Shown here: in pieces, positions 56,693 to 64,000 of the stretch
Position numbering within the stretch: position 1 is the stretch's first letter
How the letters are laid out: the number at the start of each line of letters is the position of its first letter
From: Trichoplax adhaerens
Taxonomy: Eukaryota > Animalia > Placozoa
Length of the DNA stretch: 64,000 nucleotides
Assembly (NCBI RefSeq): GCF_000150275.1
Contig: NW_002060944.1
Coordinates: 4,220,123-4,284,122, forward strand
Reading direction: 5' to 3'
Translations under genes and position numbers: made by a program
Notes under the pieces: model-generated
What the model was told of the DNA's origin: nothing
The model's input: only the letters and a program-made list of their open reading frames with translations
The model's database searches: none

Positions 56693-58567
56693 ATGTCTGA
56701 TGATCAAACAGCTATTGATTGGAGCTTATTAGATAAACGCATAGAAGAGCTTGAATACTTGGTATATAAAGCAAAAGACGGAAAAGTGGCTGAAAGAAGG
56801 CGTTTTAAATCGGTAAAATTACGATAAAAGTGCTAGCGTATGATTGATTAGATTACATTATAGTAGGATCAATCTATAGCTATAGTTGGAGAAACATCTA
56901 CTATATACGTGTCGTCGCTTTACAGATTGGATTTGCCAGTTAAATCGGTAAAATTACGATAAAAGCGCTAGCGTATGATTGATTATATTACAGCATAGTA
57001 GGATCAATCTATAGCTATAGTTGGAGAAACATCTACTGTATACGTGTCATCGCTTTACAGATTGGATTTACCAGTAAAGTCTTTAGGAGCAATATATCTT
57101 ATTAACTTTATTTTGTACGGTAATATTATGTTAACTGGATGCTGTATCTGTAGGTGGCTGATGGGATATACATTGTACAAGATCGATTAAATCGTAGTCG
57201 ATCTGGAAAAACGAATATCAAGCATGTGTGGCAACAACGTAAGACATTGCATTTTAATTCTCGAAAATACTCGTATGCGTTTTCTGAAGTATTAGTTATA
57301 AAGTGATTAAATAAGTTACATACGAGTATACAGTGTACACTTGTACAGTACTGTATGTAGTGCCCAAAATATTCGCAAATTATATTGCAACCTAGTACAG
57401 CTACGTCTAGATAGCACAACTATAAAGGATTGAAAGCCTAATCATGATGTCTTTCAAGTCAAGTCAGTAATTTTCGTCGCTTAACATTCACTTGCTAATC
57501 CATAAGTATTGAGTGAAATGAAAGTCGTAAATCAGATAACCAATATTAATAGATTTGCCTGCTTTTCAAATTTTAAGTTCAAGAAGCTATTGGAATGTGT
57601 GAATTAGCTTAAGGGATTTATTGATAGCCGATATTTCTGCCCTTGCGACTATAAGTTTAAGGCTTCTGTTATTGAAATTATATACTCATGGGGAATAAGA
57701 ACTTTTAGGCGAACGAATACGCGTATATTCAATAAATCTGCTAACATTCAGCAAAATTTCTTGCTCATCTGTTTTAGTCGAATTTTTGCATAAAATTATT
57801 TCATCGGAATTCTTTGATGAGCTTACTGTTACGGACGAAGTGAAAAGAGAAATAATTCTTGCAAGTAAGTACAGTATTTTTAATAAATGGCTGATTAATC
57901 ATACTGCTTTTACTACTGACCGCAATGTACGATAATACATAAATCCTATACGTATTTTACAGGTGAGACTTACTTTAGAGATATATCGGAGCATCTAGAA
58001 GAGATCAAGTCTTTAGAAGAATTCATAAACAGTGATATTTGGAAAAGTAAGCTATTAACGTAACAATAGTCGTCATTTGCAATCCTTAAGTTGGCTGTTT
58101 TACTGCGCTGTGATTCAATACAGAGCAATTTTAATCGTATTACGTGTTACTTCATTTAGATGTGCCAGACCAAATTGAGAAATTTAGAGCACTACAGGAG
58201 ATTTTTGCTAAACAACAGGTGATTGTTGACAGTAACATTATTACTGCTTTCTTTTATTTAGCTATAGCAATACCTATTTTGATGAAATTCTTAATGCGGA
58301 CGGTATTTACATTTCAGGATGAGACTGAACATCTTTCTGAACAGGTCCAGGAGTTACTAATAAACTATAATAGCGCCGTATCCAAACAACAAATTACCAA
58401 TAGCTCCTAATCACTAATTAAACGATCAATTATAACAATGATTTTTATCTTGTTGTCCTTAACATAATTACTATCAGATTGATATGCTTTCTCGGCAATT
58501 TATAGAGTGGGATAAAACGATAACAAAATTGGAAATAAAGCTGGGTATAGGCGAGACTGCAGAATAA
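56693..58567 (+). CDS. DCTN3: Dynactin subunit 3 (p22/p24), 7 exons
   Basis: LLDKRIEELEYLVY...|VADGIYIVQDRL...|...DEVKREIILA|...|...FAKQQ|DETEHLSEQVQELLINYNSA|IDMLSRQFIEWDKTITKLE. This matches the DCTN3 pattern (LSxQFxxWD). Confidence 0.92.
56806..57075. repeat. 135-bp tandem duplication spanning the DCTN3 exon-1 donor site
   Basis: taaatcggtaaaattacgataaaag...cagattggattt(g/a)ccagt starts at 56806 and again at 56941. Confidence 0.95.
58378..58477 (+). other. Probable U12-type (minor spliceosome) GT-AG intron, last intron of DCTN3
   Basis: Donor GTATCCAA; branch site TCCTTAAC at 58456-58463, 12 nt before the terminal AG; no polypyrimidine tract between them. Confidence 0.8.
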
Positions 58568-59404
58568 AACACTACTGGTACGCTAATTGCACAATTTATT
58601 ACCTCGATGAAACTATAGAGCAAGAACGGTACTATAATTAATTCAAGCTTATAAGAATGATACACCGTTACCATTAATTTTGTCATTTTCCCATGACTAA
58701 ATACTGTATGTGTTACTATGGTACATAAAATTGTTTTTATCACGAGTTTCTATATTGGCATATTATTGTTGTTAATATGTGATTGTTTTCCATTCAATAA
58801 GCCTAAGCTAGTTTCTTAATATGATATCACTAAACTGTACATACTGTATGAACTATGGAAATATGAGTGCTGTCTTCCAAAGAATTACATGGCCATCTTT
58901 GAGAAGAACTTACGTTTAATTTATTTGTTTCCTGATATTAGTGTAGTCAAACTTTGTAACTAAATTTTATTTAAATCAAGCTATTTTTTTATTTGCTAAT
59001 ATATATATACATAGTAACGAAATTAGCTAGATAGTTAATGTTTGATAAATTGTAACAAAAGCTTTAAGTAGGCGCCTACTAAATAAACATGTAGCTTAGG
59101 AAAAAATTGTTATTAATACGTATACTTAATTTAATTAATGCGGAACAAACGTAGCAATGAGCTTATTGTGTCTGGGACTATCACAAACCCTATCTACATG
59201 CTTTTATGTCCACAGTTATACTTATCAGCCTCTATATGTTATGCGGGCATTCGAGTATCACAAGATTAACATATTGAAAATATTATATGAAGCTATAATA
59301 ACAAAATTCTACAAATAGATTCAAAGGCGACTACCAGCGCTCTTCGAAAATCAAAGTCATAGTGATATTTGCACGACTTTACTCCAAGCGCTCTATTGCT
59401 GTAC

Positions 59405-61394
59405 TTATATTTCGTCGTCACTTAAATCAAGGTCTTCAGGGAAATCTCCAGTTTGTACAAAGCTTGGCTTGACAAAGCTACCATATTTAGGAGGACATTC
59501 AAAATACTTTTTTCCGTCGATACTAAGTCAATAGAAAATGAATGGTTACAAATTATGATAGCTACAGTATTTTGCCGAATATTATAGTTACATAAGTCAT
59601 ACGTTTGTAGCATTTTACCTTCCATCGTTTTTACCGTATGGTTCATCATACTGAACACCAACCCAATATCCAGGCTTAAAATGTGTTTTACCTGTAATTG
59701 TAGAAGGTACTTTCTCACTTACAGCCTACATTGCTACTACTGTATTGTTCTAATTCAACTAACTGTAAGTTCTAGACGGCAAACTCACCAACAAATTTAA
59801 CTACTCCGCGTCTTTTCATGCTATTATCCAGTGTTACTTCACAACGAGACCCAACCTGAACACGCTCCGATTCCTTCCTTTCCAATTCTTCCTTTTCTTG
59901 TTGTTTTTTTTCAAAATCCTCACTAAATCTTCCAATCTTATTTTTTTTTTTAAATGCTCTAACGGAATCTACGAAAATAAAAGTATACAGATAAGGAGTT
60001 CATAAGTATGATTAAGCAACAGCTTCAAGTTTTGCGATGATATCATGGATAGGTTAACATAGGTTACTGCTAGTCTTAGAAAAGCAAGAAGTGAAAAAAT
60101 GTTGGCATCATTTACTCAGCATGTTATGTATAAAGTACAAATCTATGAATATAGATAAGATGGAAAGGAATATACTGTAATCAGAAATATTACTTTATTT
60201 TAACCTGGTAGTTTGTCGTAAGTGCCTTCTTCCATCTCGTATTTCTCAACCCTGGAAACATCTTCAAATTCTCCAGCTTTTCGAGAAGGATCGGTGTCAA
60301 TTGCCTACAGATTGAAAGATCGTGTTAATCAGAACATTCTAATAATTCCGTTGTAATTCATCAATGAAATGGTTGATCTCAGTTTAAAATAGTTTAATCA
60401 CGCAATGAATGGGTTAGGTAAAGGCGTACTTACATGAATAATCATGTTATCCTCAACTGGGTAAGAACCCAGTAAGGATTGATCATTATCCATCCTGCAT
60501 ACAAATTTATCATCTTTGTCGTGAAGTTCTAATCTTGTAGTGCTGGCTGATGTGCCTGCTATGAGTTCTAGTTTTCCCTATGAAGTATAAATTTCGGTGC
60601 AGTACGTTAAATTTAAAATTCTTGTACAGTACATGAATCTATTTGTTATAAGACGTGCAAGAATCAATACATTGAAGAAGAATTATATAAGGCTTGGCTA
60701 TTTATAATACTGTAGTGTTATAATATTATCGAAAGACACAGCTGAGATGAAAGACTATTCGGGTATTTAGGGTCTTTGCTGATGACTGCATGATTCTACT
60801 GTACGTATTCAAGTATAGCGACTGGGTAGTTACTAGTAATACAGTATAAGAATATTTATAACAGGTACAACGTTTCATACCATTTATGAGGAGTCAGTAC
60901 ATAAAATTCGTTCGTATACTGGCAAAATGTGAGAAATATCGTCAAGATAGTTATGATCCATCTAACTTATGACTTTGATGTAGTTCTGTAGTATAAAATG
61001 GATGTAATTTTTATCTGCAAAATATACATTATTATGATATCCAACATCGGTATATCAAATCAAGGACTACAGTACTTTACTAGATAGAAGCCTACCTAGC
61101 TCTTGCAAAATCAATGATATAGTATACTGAATCTCGAATAAATAGTGCGTTCGAATACAACAGTGAAAAAGTATGATAGGATTCACGAGCAGTCAGTCAA
61201 TGATATTTCGATCCGTGGATCGTCATGACTTCATTCCGAAAGTGTGTTTGCAGCATATCTGTAATATCAAGCACCTTTAAATCAAGGATGTTTATGCCTT
61301 TCTGGTACCGTCTTTCTGATGCGAAAGAATTGACATTAGAAATAATGCGAACATTGACATGGTCCTGCGTGCTCTGTACTTGATAGGCAGCCAT
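59405..61394 (-). CDS. TBCB: Tubulin-folding cofactor B (Ubl + CAP-Gly), 6 exons
   Basis: [15 protein letters not shown]|GKLELIAG...[14 protein letters not shown]|...[12 protein letters not shown]...|[15 protein letters not shown]...VGSRCEV...RRGVVKFV|[24 protein letters not shown]|[20 protein letters not shown]...[14 protein letters not shown]. Confidence 0.97.
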
Positions 61395-61450
61395 TTTGTC
61401 CTTTCCAGCTTTGGTATCCGTGGTTGGGCTACAACAGTTGTGCTGACGTT

Positions 61451-61962
61451 TGCCTTGTTTCGATCATGTTACTCTAGCACCCAGTACAGTACTAGAAGAA
61501 GACCTGAACTACAGTACGTCCAGTCCAGTACAGTACGTGACCAAATGCGTACAGGATTCCAGTCCAGTACAGTACTGTACTTTACAATACTAAGTACGCT
61601 GCGTGATGTCAGTGTTTTCCTGTTACTCCAAGTACTGTAAGTACGCACTGTACGGTACAGTACTGTACACTGTACAGTGCGTACAGTACTGTATCTGTAT
61701 GAGATCTACAGTGCATATGATACAGTATGTACACTGTACAGTGCAGTTGCCTTGTTTCGATCATGTTACTCCAGACCTGAACCGCGTCTAGTCCAGTACA
61801 GTACGGTGACCAAATGCGTACAGTATACTGTAGGATTCCACTATACTGTACAATACTAAGTACGCTGGGTGATGTCAGTGTTTTCCTGTTACTCCAAGTA
61901 CTGTAAGTACGTACTGTACTGTACAGTACTGTACTGTATCTGTATGAGATCTACAGTGCATA
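61451..61962. repeat. About 297-bp tandem duplication of the TBCB upstream region, embedded in TACAG/CTGTA arrays
   Basis: tgccttgtttcgatcatgttactc at 61451 and 61748. Shared blocks: gtgaccaaatgcgtacag, gtgatgtcagtgttttcctgttactccaagtactgtaagtacg, ctgtatctgtatgagatctacagtgcata. Confidence 0.92.
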
Positions 61963-64000
61963 CAGCTACAGTACATTAAGCACTACTGTACTGTACACTG
62001 TACTGCACTAGTGAAAATACGGTACGGTAAAATACAAATTATGGCGGGAACACCATACTCGACAGTAGTATGCAGACTAGTGTACTGGACGTACACCAAG
62101 ACGAAGACAGACTGTACGCAATACCGTATTACGGTACAGGACCGTGTAACACGTACGCAGCAGCGCACGACTGTTGGAGTACACGTCAGACGTCGACACG
62201 AACCTGGACGATTCTTTGACCACTTACTGTCGTCTTGCAAAGTTTCACTGAAATTTATTTCTACCTACAGCATGGAGGATTAAAGGAAAAATCTTTTCAA
62301 TTCTCGCAAATTTACTCTCCTGTATAAAATAAAATGAATTGTAGCCAAGTTTGTGATGTCATTTTCACACCGCATAAGGTTTCGGTGTTGATTATGATCA
62401 AATTACTCTGTGACAATTATTTCGAATATTCCATTCAATGTCGTCGACAACTAAGTTGCCTGATTACAGAGCTCATCGAGGTTAGTCTTTGAATTGTTTT
62501 TCCCCTCTTTCACTACTTGCTAACCAATGTTACAATGATATTATACCTTTCATCACTGCAATGTTGAAGTCAAATGCAGCAATACTGCGTGTATTTGTAC
62601 CTGAATTTATGCTGTATTCTGCTGTAAGATGTTGCACTTTGCATGTCCAACAATTTGGACCCTAGTCTTTCGTTGGGAACTTATTATTGAGAGCATTTTC
62701 TCTTACAAGTCCTGCTTTCATGCTGGAATACGCGTATATAATCTACAGGATTGTGCAGTACTTGCTAAATTGCCTTACAAGGACTACTCAGAGAAGATGA
62801 GAATGCATGCATACTGTACGGTACAATTAATTGTCTCCTTTGCTCAAGTACACCACTGTAGTAGTCTGAGTCCATTGATATAATGGATGTCGGATTGAAT
62901 CAAAATTACTTTAGCAGTTTTGCAATGTCCATTGTTACTCTTATTATCATCAGGAATTCAATAAGGCCTGTAACAGACTTTAGTGATATATTACTCCTAT
63001 TTTGTTGATTTTTATGTTTTCTTAGCCTCGCTGTGCTGCACGTAGTGTTTTGTTTATCAAATTGTAAATTTCGTTTTGATTCTTTTCACATCAGTATAAG
63101 TTTTTTTGAACGGTCAAACCCATTCACATACAGTATAAATTACTATGAGTATACTTACTGTATACTTACAGGTATGGCATGTAATATAGTTGATCAATGA
63201 TAAGCGTTAAGTCACGTTGTTGCCTACTTTGTACTATCAAAATAAACCCTTAACTCTTTATGTGTATACGCGTAGATAGTATTGAAGTAACTAAAAAATA
63301 GGCTCTTATTTCCAAGCAAAAATCTTACAAGTTGAAAGTGTAACTGAATACGAGTACAGTGCCTGCTTATGTTTCATTGTTATTGTTAACTATGGAATCT
63401 TTTATTGCAATTTATTGACTGGATAGGCTCCACAATTAACCATTACACAAATCCAAGATCGAATAGCAACCTTTGAAGGTGGAGAAGAAGTTATATCGGC
63501 GCTATGTCAAAAGTAAAGACAGTATAACAATAGCATTTGCATACTGTATACTCACATAGAAATCAGTACATTTTATAATCCTCTATTTCATTAAGTATTT
63601 ATTTACTGTTATAAGTATGCAAACACCAAATCTGAATGCTAATATCAGATCTAATTATTGTCATTTCCTTTAAATTTTAAGATTAGATTCTTTGAAAGTT
63701 TTGGACTGTATGATCAACTTTTTTTCAGACTTGGATAACTATGTAGGAGAGGGAAAGGAAATTCGGAAAGACAGCTTGTTCGGTATTATATACAATAGTG
63801 ATTGACAAAAAGTTATACATGATATTTTAATTTCATTCCTGAAAGGTTATTTTTTATCTATAAATTTCAAATATACGAACGTAGTCCGATAAAGATTGGA
63901 CATTTTTCTACATACAGGCGTTGGATAGCTGATGTTCTTAAATAAATTTGCAAGAGATATTGTCATCTATTTCTCCGTGGATTACGCACGTGTAATTTTA

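Noticed and set aside
62270-64000. Possible exons of a further gene (e.g. APQLTITQIQDRIATFEGGEEVISALCQ at ~63428 and LDNYVGEGKEIRKDSLF at ~63730)
   Set aside because: Phases do not join and no family was recognised; downstream sequence or transcripts would be needed.

Overview
AT-rich eukaryotic (animal) genomic DNA with compact genes and many short GT-AG introns. The style suggests an early-branching metazoan such as a placozoan; this is inference, not verified. Most short ORFs in the track are exon fragments or noise. Hand-splicing gives these genes in order: 3' end of a Gemin4-like gene (+); GM130/GOLGA2 (+); glutamine synthetase II (-); a possible small spliced transcript (+); a CDK5RAP2/myomegalin/centrosomin-family gene (-); HS2ST1 (-); intronless RNF26-like RING ligase (+); intronless HAD hydrolase resembling the apicomplexan p36-like family (-); ALDH9A1 (+); DCTN3 (+); TBCB (-). 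The most notable non-coding signals are: (TACAG)n/(CTGTA)n palindromic arrays near gene 5' ends; a C/EBP-palindrome plus AARE cluster between glutamine synthetase and a candidate micro-protein gene; an atypical U12-type intron in DCTN3; and several 135-300 bp tandem duplications, mostly near gene 5' ends. Protein family calls rest on recalled motifs; no database search was run. No tRNA, rRNA, CRISPR array or intact transposon was found.
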